A DNA stretch of 64,000 nt from assembly GCA_029060065.1 (NCBI GenBank), contig JAIDUT010000023.1, positions 14,342 through 78,341 of the forward strand. The letters are read 5' to 3'. Source of the stretch: Clostridia bacterium. GTDB lineage: Bacteria; Bacillota; Clostridia; Christensenellales; UBA3700. This document shows positions 48,298-57,512 of this stretch, one piece after another. Positions within the stretch are counted from its first letter, which is position 1. Each line of letters begins with the position of its first letter. The position numbers and the translations under genes were made by a program. The notes under the pieces are model-generated. The model did not search any database, was not told the origin of the DNA, and saw nothing but the letters and a program-made list of their open reading frames with translations.

Positions 48298-49352
48298 AAA
48301 AACCTAGAATAGTCGATAAAAAATGGTTGGTAATTGCTATTATCATTGTTTCTCTAGTAGTATTCTCTGTTCTTGAAGAACAAAAAACAGTAAGCACAAG
48401 AGCAATAGTACTTGCCATATCTCTGGATTGGAAAGACAACGAGTATGAAATGGGTATACAGGTGCTAAAAACCGACGGGCAACAGGACAAACAGGAATTT
48501 ATAACCTATTCTACCACGGGAACTCAAATGACAGAGATTATTTCCAAGCTCTCGCAAGATACAGGCGGTACGGTGTCACTATGTCATACGATGGCGCTTA
48601 TTCTGGGACAAAATCTGCTGACGAAAGACAATGACAAAGCTATTAGATTCTTTGTAGAAAACGAAGAACTATGCAACAATACTATGATTGTGGCAAGCAA
48701 AGGTTCCCCATTAGAAGTACTTTCCGCCAAACTCTCCAACGGACAGGGAGGAGGTTATTATATTGGCGGAATGTTACGTAATATCGTAACCGATTTGGGA
48801 GTGATACCAATTATCGTAAAAGACTATATCAAAAATAGATACCGCATAGGCGGTTGCGTATATATGCCCTGCGTTAGCGTTGAAAAAACAGGAGATACTA
48901 CTTTTATAAGCGTAAAAGAGAGTTTTGTGACCGACGGACATAACTACGCCATCCTCTCCGAAAATGCCACTAAGGGTTTAAGCCTAACTCTTAATAAACT
49001 TAAAGGAGGCGAACTCTCTTATAGCTTTGATAATAAAATGGGGCAAGTAGAAATAGTAAAAACAAGCGCAGATATAAAAGCGCAAAAAGATACTGCAACC
49101 GTTAAGATAAAAGCTAAACTCAACGACAGAGCCTATGTTCCTGAAAATATAGATGAAAAAAGAAGCGTGGAAGCATTACAGAAAAACGTAAAAAGTTACG
49201 TTGAAGAATGTTTTAAGACTTGCCAAGAACAAGGCCTTGACATATTTTTCCTCGGACAAAGAGTATACGCGCAAGGCAAAGACTTTTATATGCAAAGCGA
49301 CTTCCTTGAAAATATGCAGTTGAAAGTCGAAGTTGACATTACTATGAAATAA
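48294..49352 (+). CDS. spore germinant receptor, Ger(x)C-family C subunit (no lipobox Cys seen)
   Basis: 352 aa with GerAC-like length and position. Overlaps the B subunit by 4 nt. N-terminal hydrophobic helix without a Cys. Confidence 0.75.
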   Translation: MKKPRIVDKKWLVIAIIIVSLVVFSVLEEQKTVSTRAIVLAISLDWKDNEYEMGIQVLKTDGQQDKQEFITYSTTGTQMTEIISKLSQDTGGTVSLCHTMALILGQNLLTKDNDKAIRFFVENEELCNNTMIVASKGSPLEVLSAKLSNGQGGGYYIGGMLRNIVTDLGVIPIIVKDYIKNRYRIGGCVYMPCVSVEKTGDTTFISVKESFVTDGHNYAILSENATKGLSLTLNKLKGGELSYSFDNKMGQVEIVKTSADIKAQKDTATVKIKAKLNDRAYVPENIDEKRSVEALQKNVKSYVEECFKTCQEQGLDIFFLGQRVYAQGKDFYMQSDFLENMQLKVEVDITMK

Positions 49353-49356
49353 CGCT

Positions 49357-50340
49357 TTATTGGCGAACAATATCCATTAAATACTTCTTGGCTTCGATAT
49401 ACATTGCTTTCGACTCAGACATCTTGTAGAAGAGGTGGAAGCAATGCAAGCCTGGGAAAGTACCGCAATAAGTAACGTAGGATTTGCCTAGTTCGTCAAG
49501 CTTTTGGAGCAGAGCCAAATGATGTTTTCCGACGAATACATCGTTTTTACCATAGGATATAAATACTTTTTCAGGAAAATCTTCATCGACCCAAGGTATT
49601 GTATAAAGGATATCTTTGTATTCGTATTCGTCAATAACGTCTACTTCTTTTCCTGTCATATCCTTTATTATATCCGTAGCCATAGGATTCTTTAACAAAT
49701 CGTCGAAATCGTAAGCTCCGCAGTTGAGAAGCGCGCCTTTAATACGGAAATTAACAGGTTCTACTCCCAATCTCGCAAGAAATTCTTTATTGTGAAGCGT
49801 CGCGCATACTTGACAGGCAATTTGTCCGCCGGCAGAATCTCCCATAATAAATACGTTGTCAAGGTCGAGCTTATACTCTTCGGCATTATCTTCCAACCAA
49901 CGTAGCGCTAAGAATATGTGCCTCAACGACTGATGATATTTATAGGTCGGACTTAAGCCGTAATTTACGTTTATTGCGCAAGTACCCATATCGGCAAAAA
50001 TCTTGCCTTGAGCGACGCGCCATCGCTTATCGCCTGTGACCCATCCGCCTCCGTGGACGTTGACTATTACGGGCAATTTGACGTCTACGACAAGCTCAGG
50101 CTTAAACAAATCAAGATTGCATATCTCCCCCTCGTCGGGAGAATATACTATATCGGTCATTTCGTAAATTTTATTACTGCTTTTATATTTGTTGGTAACA
50201 AAACCTTTGACGTTGTCGTCAATGTCAAAGATGAGCTTAGCAAGTTTTGACGTACTTATCTTTATCAGCCTTTTCTTTTTCTTGGCTTCTACTTTTTCCT
50301 TACGGTCTTCTTTCTTCTGTACTCTTTCCTCTTTTGACAT
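49357..50340 (-). CDS. alpha/beta-hydrolase fold-3 esterase (HSL-like) with Lys-rich N-terminus
   Basis: HGGGW oxyanion motif and GDSAGG nucleophile elbow. ATG 50340 (MSKEERVQ...) has SD AGAGGT. The track start 50361 would overlap nagA. Confidence 0.8.
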   Translation of the reverse strand: MSKEERVQKKEDRKEKVEAKKKKRLIKISTSKLAKLIFDIDDNVKGFVTNKYKSSNKIYEMTDIVYSPDEGEICNLDLFKPELVVDVKLPVIVNVHGGGWVTGDKRWRVAQGKIFADMGTCAINVNYGLSPTYKYHQSLRHIFLALRWLEDNAEEYKLDLDNVFIMGDSAGGQIACQVCATLHNKEFLARLGVEPVNFRIKGALLNCGAYDFDDLLKNPMATDIIKDMTGKEVDVIDEYEYKDILYTIPWVDEDFPEKVFISYGKNDVFVGKHHLALLQKLDELGKSYVTYCGTFPGLHCFHLFYKMSESKAMYIEAKKYLMDIVRQ

Positions 50341-50350
50341 TTTACTACCT

Positions 50351-51529
50351 CTACTGCGCATTAATGTTGTCCTTAAGCGCCTCTCTGTCTACTAAAACTC
50401 CGTCAATGATCGTTGCAAATACTGACAAATCGTCATTCAATATATTTATATCTCCCCTTTTGCCCACGGCTATATCTCCGATATCGTCTCTGCCTAACAA
50501 CTTGGCAGGGGTCTTTGTACACATGTCTATACAATCCTCAAGCGGAATGCCTATTCCGTTTAGATTGGCTACCATTTTGCCAACGGGCGTCACAGAACCT
50601 GCGTAAGTGTTTAACTCAGGCAATATCGCTACGCCGTCGTCTATTCTTATCTTTTGAGCGCTTGCTCCGCTCCCCAGATAATAATCCTTGCCCTCTTTCA
50701 TACCGGCAATGCTCAACGAATCGGAAACCAAACATATTCCTTTTGCGCCCTTGAGCTTGTATATCATTTTGAAAAGCGCATTCGGGACGTGTCTGTCGTC
50801 GGCGATGACCTCGGCTACTATTCTCTCGTCAATTAGTCCTACTTCCGTCAATCCCAAGTGCTTTTTAGGCGTAACGCGTCTAGACGGACGGGACGTACAG
50901 TTGTACATATGCGTTACGCTGTTTGCTCCGCTCTCTACGCAAGCATATATCTCATCGTCAATTGACTCGTCGTGTCCCATAGACACCTGTATGCCCTTGG
51001 CTGTCGCCTCTCGACAAAACTGCGAAGCTCCGTCAAGATTGGGAGCTAAAGTAATTCGCTTGATCAAATCAATATTATCCCACACGAACGAAGAATCTTT
51101 GCTCGGCGGTATCAATAAATGCGGTGGATGCGCTCCTGCGCTCTTTTGCGCAAGATACGGTCCCTCTAGATGTACGCCTAATATCCTCGCATACTTAGCG
51201 CTATATTTTCTTATATTTTCTACCGCTCTGTCAATATCCTCGGCGCTTGCCGTCATTGTCGTGGGTACGAACGACGTAGTGCCTGTATATAAATGATAAC
51301 GGCTTATCACATCTATTGCTTCAATGTCGGCTTCCATACAGTCTTTGCCCCAACCGCCGTGCGTATGAATGTCTATATATCCGGCGACGCATAACTTGCC
51401 ATGCGCGTCTATGACTTCGCCTTCGACGGCTTCGCCGATCGAAACAATCGCGCCGTCTTTTACAACCACGTTTGCGGATATAAACTCGCCTTGAGAGTAT
51501 ACTTTTGCGTTCTTTACGGTTATTATCAC
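50351..51529 (-). CDS. nagA: N-acetylglucosamine-6-phosphate deacetylase
   Basis: GYIDIHTHGG, HLEGPY and HMYN motifs. GTG 51529 (VIITVKNAKVY...) sits 7 nt after AAGGAGAA and is preferred over the track ATG 51589. Confidence 0.85.
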   Translation of the reverse strand: MIITVKNAKVYSQGEFISANVVVKDGAIVSIGEAVEGEVIDAHGKLCVAGYIDIHTHGGWGKDCMEADIEAIDVISRYHLYTGTTSFVPTTMTASAEDIDRAVENIRKYSAKYARILGVHLEGPYLAQKSAGAHPPHLLIPPSKDSSFVWDNIDLIKRITLAPNLDGASQFCREATAKGIQVSMGHDESIDDEIYACVESGANSVTHMYNCTSRPSRRVTPKKHLGLTEVGLIDERIVAEVIADDRHVPNALFKMIYKLKGAKGICLVSDSLSIAGMKEGKDYYLGSGASAQKIRIDDGVAILPELNTYAGSVTPVGKMVANLNGIGIPLEDCIDMCTKTPAKLLGRDDIGDIAVGKRGDINILNDDLSVFATIIDGVLVDREALKDNINAQ

Positions 51530-51694
51530 TGAAATTTCTCCTTGCGTAAACGCGAGCATATTTTGCTCGACACTTTTACAGTGTTCCAACGGAGCGTTTT
51601 TTGCACTCTCATTATAATATTATTTGCTAATTGTGTCAATATTTTGATAAATTAATTGGATTTGAGAATTATTTAATAAATAATAAATTCCCCC

Positions 51695-51723
51695 TTTACA
51701 AAACGTAAAACTTATAATATAAT
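51695..51723 (+). promoter_or_regulatory. sigma-A-type promoter of orphan lipoprotein gene
   Basis: TTTACA, a 17-nt spacer, then TATAAT. Confidence 0.55.
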
Positions 51724-51768
51724 AATATAGTACAACATAACGGTACAAAAAAAATTAGAGGTGGGATT

Positions 51769-53274
51769 ATGAGAATTTTCAAAACAACAAAGTCCAAAGT
51801 GGTGATGACTTGCTTGGCTGTGATTTTAATTGCCAGCATTCTTTGCCTATCTTTGGCAGGCTGTAAGCAAATGTATGGCGAAACGCCTATCGGCGTTTAC
51901 TTCTTGGGCGACTTCCAAAGTAACGTGGATAATGATACGCTTCAAGCAATTACTAAATCCGGTACAACTATCGTCAGCGTAAATGACGCGTTGACAAAAG
52001 CAGGCATCGATAAGGATGCAGATCCGACTGCAACAGCGGCCGCTATTTACGCGCTTGCGGTTACCAACTACAACAATATTACTCAATCAGGTTACTTAAT
52101 AGTTACCGACGCTATGGTAAACGCAAGAAAAGTTTCTACTCTTGCGAATAAAGACGTCACCGTAGGAATTAGAAGCACTTACTCCTATTTCGACGGAAAG
52201 AAAGGTTCTTTTTCCCAAACCGTATCGGGCGTAACACAGTTGAACGGTGTCGGAAGCGTGGGCAATCAACTCAAAACCAATTTCGGTTACTGCGAGCAAG
52301 TTTACTCCGGCGCAACTTTCAACGCAAAGAGAGTCGGCTCTAACGGCGGAGCTCAATTCCCAACCGAAAACGATTTGGGAAATGCAGTATATAAATACAT
52401 TCTCGGCGCATACAACGATTCTTTGAATAAAGTAGTTAAAGGTAATAAACTCACGATTACTCCTGCCGGTAAAGAAGAATCAGATCCGGAGCTTCCCGAA
52501 TACGTGCAGACGGCTACGGAATATCCAAGCAACTCCACGCTCAGCGGTGTAGCACTTCCTGAGTTCAAACCAAACAGACTTGCTTGGGAACCGCTCAATA
52601 GAATACCTGCAAGATATTGGGAAAAAGATAAGAGCGGTAATATTACGGGCAAAATAATCGAAAATCACGCTATAGTAGAAGACACAAGATACAGTTACGG
52701 CAACTATGGCGCAAGTTTTGCATTCTACGATTTCTCAAGACCGGAATACCTCTCGGAAGATACGAAAATAACTTATTCCGAAAAGCTCGATCTTTGGACT
52801 ATCGAAGTTAAAGTAAAAAGCGAATACGTACAACAAGCGTGCGAATTCGCGGCAGGCGACCTTGTTAAATCTACCAAGGATTACATAAGCCTTAAGAACG
52901 CTAAGTTTACAGAACTTACTTGCAAATTCGAAGTATACGGCAACGGACTTATCAAGTCTATGCAAAAGAAAGACGTGCTTAACTCCAACGACAACTGTCC
53001 TTTGGTTGTATTGCCGGGCACCTGTAAGGGTGGCGGAACTACTTCCAATACTGCTACAATCGCATTCAGCTACTCCGACAACGATACGGACGCTGAAAGA
53101 TTTGTAGCTCTCTACTGGCCTGACCTTGGTCAAAGTACCGTATTTAAGAATAAAAGAGTGGATACGAATTTGAAGCTCGACCTTTCGGGATATACTACTT
53201 TTGACAAATATGAACCCGTTATCAACACAGAATTGGTCAACGCGTTTACAAATCTTTTTGCGACTAAGAAATAA
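51769..53274 (+). CDS. lipoprotein of unknown function
   Basis: 501 aa with a signal peptide and lipobox (LSLAGC). No recognisable domain. SD AGAGGTGGG present. Confidence 0.65.
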   Translation: MRIFKTTKSKVVMTCLAVILIASILCLSLAGCKQMYGETPIGVYFLGDFQSNVDNDTLQAITKSGTTIVSVNDALTKAGIDKDADPTATAAAIYALAVTNYNNITQSGYLIVTDAMVNARKVSTLANKDVTVGIRSTYSYFDGKKGSFSQTVSGVTQLNGVGSVGNQLKTNFGYCEQVYSGATFNAKRVGSNGGAQFPTENDLGNAVYKYILGAYNDSLNKVVKGNKLTITPAGKEESDPELPEYVQTATEYPSNSTLSGVALPEFKPNRLAWEPLNRIPARYWEKDKSGNITGKIIENHAIVEDTRYSYGNYGASFAFYDFSRPEYLSEDTKITYSEKLDLWTIEVKVKSEYVQQACEFAAGDLVKSTKDYISLKNAKFTELTCKFEVYGNGLIKSMQKKDVLNSNDNCPLVVLPGTCKGGGTTSNTATIAFSYSDNDTDAERFVALYWPDLGQSTVFKNKRVDTNLKLDLSGYTTFDKYEPVINTELVNAFTNLFATKK

Positions 53275-53283
53275 GTCTAAAGT

Positions 53284-53317
53284 AAAGAGTACACACGTAA
53301 CAACGTGTGTACTCTTT
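53284..53317 (+). terminator. 15-bp-stem hairpin terminator after lipoprotein gene
   Basis: AAAGAGTACACACGT-AACA-ACGTGTGTACTCTTT. A second 10-bp hairpin lies at 53331-53371. Confidence 0.7.
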
Positions 53318-53401
53318 GCGAGATAAATAGAGATTTTACGTGGCAATACTATTGCTTGCTCCGTAAAATCTTTATTTAAGCGCCACAAATTAAAGGAAAG
53401 T

Positions 53402-54493
53402 ATGAATAACTACGATATAGTAAAAAAATTCCAAATAGCAGGCGAAACCCAAAGTATTGTGCCTTACGGAGAAGGACATATTAACGATACGTATCTCGTC
53501 ACGCTGAAAGACTGCCCCACGCAATATATCTTGCAAAAACTTAATACTAAGATTTTTACCAACTACAAAGGTCTGATGGATAACATACAAAAAGTTACGA
53601 GTGTAATGCATGATATAGTACGCTCTCAAGGCGGAGACGTCGACAGAGAGTGTATGCGACTTATACCTACGCTCGACAACAAGGCGTACTATGCCGTCGG
53701 CAATGACTGCTGGAGAATGTCGCTATTTGTAAAAGATACAGTAGTATATCAAGTTATCGACTCGCCGTCTGTTTTTGAAGACGCAGGCAAAGCTTTCGGA
53801 AAGTTTATCGCAAGACTTGACGGCTTTGACGCAGGCAGTCTTTGCGAAGTTATCCCCAACTTCCATAATACCGTCGACAGATACGAAAAGTTTTTAAGAG
53901 CTATAGAAGATAATAAGAGCAATAGAGCTCACCTCGTTCAAAACGAAATAAAATTCGTCAAAGAAAGAGCCGATAAACTTTCGCTAATCGTAGACGCTCT
54001 CGCCAATGGACAAATACCGTTGAGAGTTACTCACAACGATACCAAGATTAACAACGTGCTTATCGATAAAAATACCGGCAAAGCAATCTGCATTATAGAC
54101 CTTGATACCATAATGCCGGGCTCGCTTCTGTACGATTTCGGCGACTCAATACGCTCAGGTTGCAATACCGCCCTAGAAGACGAAAAAAATCTCGACATAG
54201 TGGATTTTAATATCAATCTATATGAAGCGTATTGCAAGGGCTTTTTGAAAGGTATAGGCGAAAAAATTACCGACAAAGAGCTTGAAATGTTGCATATCGG
54301 CGCAATAATAATTACGCTGGAATGCGGAATTAGATTTTTGACCGACTATCTTGACGGCGATATATACTTCAAGACAGATTATGACGACCACAATCTTGTG
54401 AGATGCCATACGCAATTCAAACTCGTGGAGAAAATGGAGCGTCAAAGCGACGCAATGCTGGAAATTGCAAAAAAATGCAAAAATAATATATAA
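53402..54493 (+). CDS. APH-fold sugar kinase, N-acetylhexosamine 1-kinase (NahK)-like
   Basis: 363 aa. PYGEGHINDTYLV, RVTHNDTKINNVLID and IDLDT motifs resemble NahK as I recall it. Adjacent to galE. Confidence 0.65.
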   Translation: MNNYDIVKKFQIAGETQSIVPYGEGHINDTYLVTLKDCPTQYILQKLNTKIFTNYKGLMDNIQKVTSVMHDIVRSQGGDVDRECMRLIPTLDNKAYYAVGNDCWRMSLFVKDTVVYQVIDSPSVFEDAGKAFGKFIARLDGFDAGSLCEVIPNFHNTVDRYEKFLRAIEDNKSNRAHLVQNEIKFVKERADKLSLIVDALANGQIPLRVTHNDTKINNVLIDKNTGKAICIIDLDTIMPGSLLYDFGDSIRSGCNTALEDEKNLDIVDFNINLYEAYCKGFLKGIGEKITDKELEMLHIGAIIITLECGIRFLTDYLDGDIYFKTDYDDHNLVRCHTQFKLVEKMERQSDAMLEIAKKCKNNI

Positions 54494-54510
54494 TATCAAT
54501 AGGAGATAAT

Positions 54511-55524
54511 ATGAGTATTTTAGTAAGCGGAGGCGCCGGCTATATAGGTAGCCATACGGTAATAGAATTGATCGAAAACGGTTTTGAACCGGTAATTGTA
54601 GATAATCTCTGCAACAGTAAAAAAGTTGCTATCGAGAGATTAGAGAAAATTACAGGTAGAAAAATCAAATTCTATCAATACGATTTGTGCGATATAGAAA
54701 AGCTAAGAGAGGTTTTCAAGTCGGAAAAAATCGAGGCTTGTATTCACTTTGCCGGACTTAAAGCGGTGGGAGAATCTTGCCATAAACCGCTCGAATATTA
54801 CCAGAACAACCTCATAAGTACTCTGAATCTCATACAGGTAATGAGAGAGGCAGGTTGCAAAAATCTCGTATTCTCCTCTTCTGCCACCGTATACGGTCAG
54901 CCGAAGAGCGTGCCTATATCGGAGGACTTCCCTCTTTCCACTACCAATCCTTACGGAACTACAAAACTTTATATAGAAGGCATTCTTAAAGACATTTATA
55001 AGGCCGACAATTCTTTCAATATCGCGCTACTAAGATATTTCAATCCAATCGGGGCGCATAAGAGCGGACTTATCGGCGAAGACCCCAACGGTATACCCAA
55101 CAACCTAATGCCGTATATTACTCAAGTTGCTATCGGCAAATTGCAAAAACTCAGCGTGTTCGGCGACGACTACCCTACCCACGATGGCACTGGCGTAAGA
55201 GATTATATCCACGTGCTGGATTTGGCGCGCGGTCATATCTTGGCGCTTAAAAAACTCATGAGTGGAAGCGGGCTTGTAATATATAATCTAGGTACAGGCA
55301 AAGGCTACAGCGTGTTGGATATGGTAAAGGCGTTTGAAAAAGCAAGCGGAAAAAAGGTGCCTTACGTCATTGCGCCCAGAAGAGCCGGAGATATCGCCGA
55401 GTGCTACGCGTCTACCGCTATTGCAAAGAAAGAATTGGGCTTTGAATGTAAGTATGATTTGAACGATATGTGTGAAGATAGTTGGAGATGGCAAAGCCAA
55501 AATCCCAACGGATATGGAGAATAA
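54511..55524 (+). CDS. galE: UDP-glucose 4-epimerase
   Basis: 337 aa. GGAGYIGSH, YGTTK (YxxxK) and a C-terminus typical of GalE. Confidence 0.95.
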   Translation: MSILVSGGAGYIGSHTVIELIENGFEPVIVDNLCNSKKVAIERLEKITGRKIKFYQYDLCDIEKLREVFKSEKIEACIHFAGLKAVGESCHKPLEYYQNNLISTLNLIQVMREAGCKNLVFSSSATVYGQPKSVPISEDFPLSTTNPYGTTKLYIEGILKDIYKADNSFNIALLRYFNPIGAHKSGLIGEDPNGIPNNLMPYITQVAIGKLQKLSVFGDDYPTHDGTGVRDYIHVLDLARGHILALKKLMSGSGLVIYNLGTGKGYSVLDMVKAFEKASGKKVPYVIAPRRAGDIAECYASTAIAKKELGFECKYDLNDMCEDSWRWQSQNPNGYGE

Positions 55525-55526
55525 AA

Positions 55527-57509
55527 ATGGCGCGTCCTAAACTAAAGACAAAATCTTTTTCCATTCGTACCCTTCGAGAATGGGGTATTTTGGCAATCGA
55601 CCTGCTGACCGTAACCATATGTTATTTGGGAGCGGTAGTACTTTCGCAGGCAGGAGTGCTATCTAAAAATTATTTCCCTACCAACGTCCCACTTCTGCAA
55701 ATATTGCGAAGCGCTTTTATTTGTCTGCCAATAGTACTCATCGTATTCTTCCTGTCTTTTTTGGTTTTCAGAGTATTCAAAGTCGTGTGGAGATACGCAA
55801 GAGGTAGAGATTATCTGCGCATAGTCGGAGCTTGCGTCGTCGGCACAGTTTTATTTGCTCTTTTGGACCAAGTGATGAATCTCATCAAAATCGACTCGCC
55901 TAATAACAGCAAGCAAATTATTTATCCTGCTTACTTTATGTTGGGATTTTTCACAACTGCCACAATCGTCATTTTCAGAATGATATACGAGTTTATTTAC
56001 GCAAGACAGAGGGACAAGCTCGAAACCGTCAAACGTAAACGTACGCTTATAATAGGCGCAGGATATACTGCAAGCGCTATTCTTGAAGAGATTTCAAGAG
56101 GCGACAGTATATACGACCCTATTTGTATGATTGACGACGACCCCGACAAAATCGGCAGAATTATCAACGATATCGAAGTCGTGGACAATACCAAGAATAT
56201 CAATATAGTAGTACAAAAATACGCTATAGATGTCATTATATTCGCTATCCCCTCTTTGGGCGGTGAAGCGCGTCAACGTATACTTATAGACTGCAACGCT
56301 ACCAAATGTCAAGTCAAAGTCTTGCCGTATATGAGCGAAATGATTGAAAATATCAATATTACCAAGCAAATGCGCGACATTAATATAGCCGACCTCTTGG
56401 GGCGTCAACAGATTACCTTTGACGACGTGGGCGTAGCAAGTTATATATATGACAAAGTTGTAATGGTAACGGGCGGTGGCGGTTCGATAGGTTCGGAACT
56501 TTGCCGTCAAATAGCTAAATATAAACCAAGACGTATCGTCATAGTAGACGTGTATGAGAACTGCGCGTACAATATCCAACAGGAGATGTTGCGCAATTAC
56601 GGCAAGGATTACGACCTACATGTAGAAATCGTATCTATCACTGATTATGACAAAATGGATGAGCTGTTCACGGAATTCCGTCCGCAAATCATATTCCACG
56701 CGGCGGCGCACAAACACGTGCCTTTGATGGAAACAGTTCCCGAAGAAGCAGTCAAGAACAATATCTTCGGCACTTACAACGTAGCGTTGCTTGCCGATAA
56801 GCACAACGTACAGAAATTTATAATGGTATCTACCGACAAAGCCGTCAATCCAACCAACGTTATGGGCGCAACCAAGCGCTGTTGCGAAGAGATTGTGCAA
56901 ATGATGGCGCAAAAAGGCTCTAAGACGGAGTTCGCCGCAGTGAGATTCGGCAACGTACTCGGTAGTAACGGCTCGGTTATTCCGCTCTTCAAAGAGCAGA
57001 TAGAAAAAGGCGGTCCGGTCACCGTAACCCACCCCGATATTATTAGATACTTCATGACGATACCTGAAGCCGTCAGCCTAGTTCTGCAAGCCGGAACTTT
57101 CGCCCATGGCGGTGAGATATTCGTGCTGGATATGGGTAAACAAGTCAAGATAGTTTCTTTGGCGGAAAACTTAATAAAACTTATGGGATACAAACCGTAT
57201 ACTGATATTGATATAGTATTTACAGGACTTCGCCCGGGAGAAAAACTCTATGAAGAACTGCTAATGGACGAAGAGGGACTTAAAAAGACCGATAATGAGA
57301 AGATATTTATCGGTCATCAAGTGCAAATCGATATTCCGAATTTTACGGCAGAACTTGAAAAAATGCGCAAAATCTGCTTCACGAACGACAAGCACGCCGT
57401 AGTTGAACAACTCAAAGTTCTTGTGCCGACCTTCCACCACGACTCGGCTTATCTTGAGAAGATTACAGAGCAAGCAAAACAGTATCAACAAGAAGTTCAG
57501 GCAAACTAA
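55527..57509 (+). CDS. membrane-anchored UDP-GlcNAc 4,6-dehydratase (PglF/CapD family)
   Basis: About 660 aa with an N-terminal 4-helix membrane domain. VTGGGGSIGSEL Rossmann motif and STDKAVNPTNVMGATKR. ATG 55527 has SD GGAGA and follows the galE stop by 2 nt. Confidence 0.9.
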   Translation: MARPKLKTKSFSIRTLREWGILAIDLLTVTICYLGAVVLSQAGVLSKNYFPTNVPLLQILRSAFICLPIVLIVFFLSFLVFRVFKVVWRYARGRDYLRIVGACVVGTVLFALLDQVMNLIKIDSPNNSKQIIYPAYFMLGFFTTATIVIFRMIYEFIYARQRDKLETVKRKRTLIIGAGYTASAILEEISRGDSIYDPICMIDDDPDKIGRIINDIEVVDNTKNINIVVQKYAIDVIIFAIPSLGGEARQRILIDCNATKCQVKVLPYMSEMIENINITKQMRDINIADLLGRQQITFDDVGVASYIYDKVVMVTGGGGSIGSELCRQIAKYKPRRIVIVDVYENCAYNIQQEMLRNYGKDYDLHVEIVSITDYDKMDELFTEFRPQIIFHAAAHKHVPLMETVPEEAVKNNIFGTYNVALLADKHNVQKFIMVSTDKAVNPTNVMGATKRCCEEIVQMMAQKGSKTEFAAVRFGNVLGSNGSVIPLFKEQIEKGGPVTVTHPDIIRYFMTIPEAVSLVLQAGTFAHGGEIFVLDMGKQVKIVSLAENLIKLMGYKPYTDIDIVFTGLRPGEKLYEELLMDEEGLKKTDNEKIFIGHQVQIDIPNFTAELEKMRKICFTNDKHAVVEQLKVLVPTFHHDSAYLEKITEQAKQYQQEVQAN

Positions 57510-57512
57510 ACG

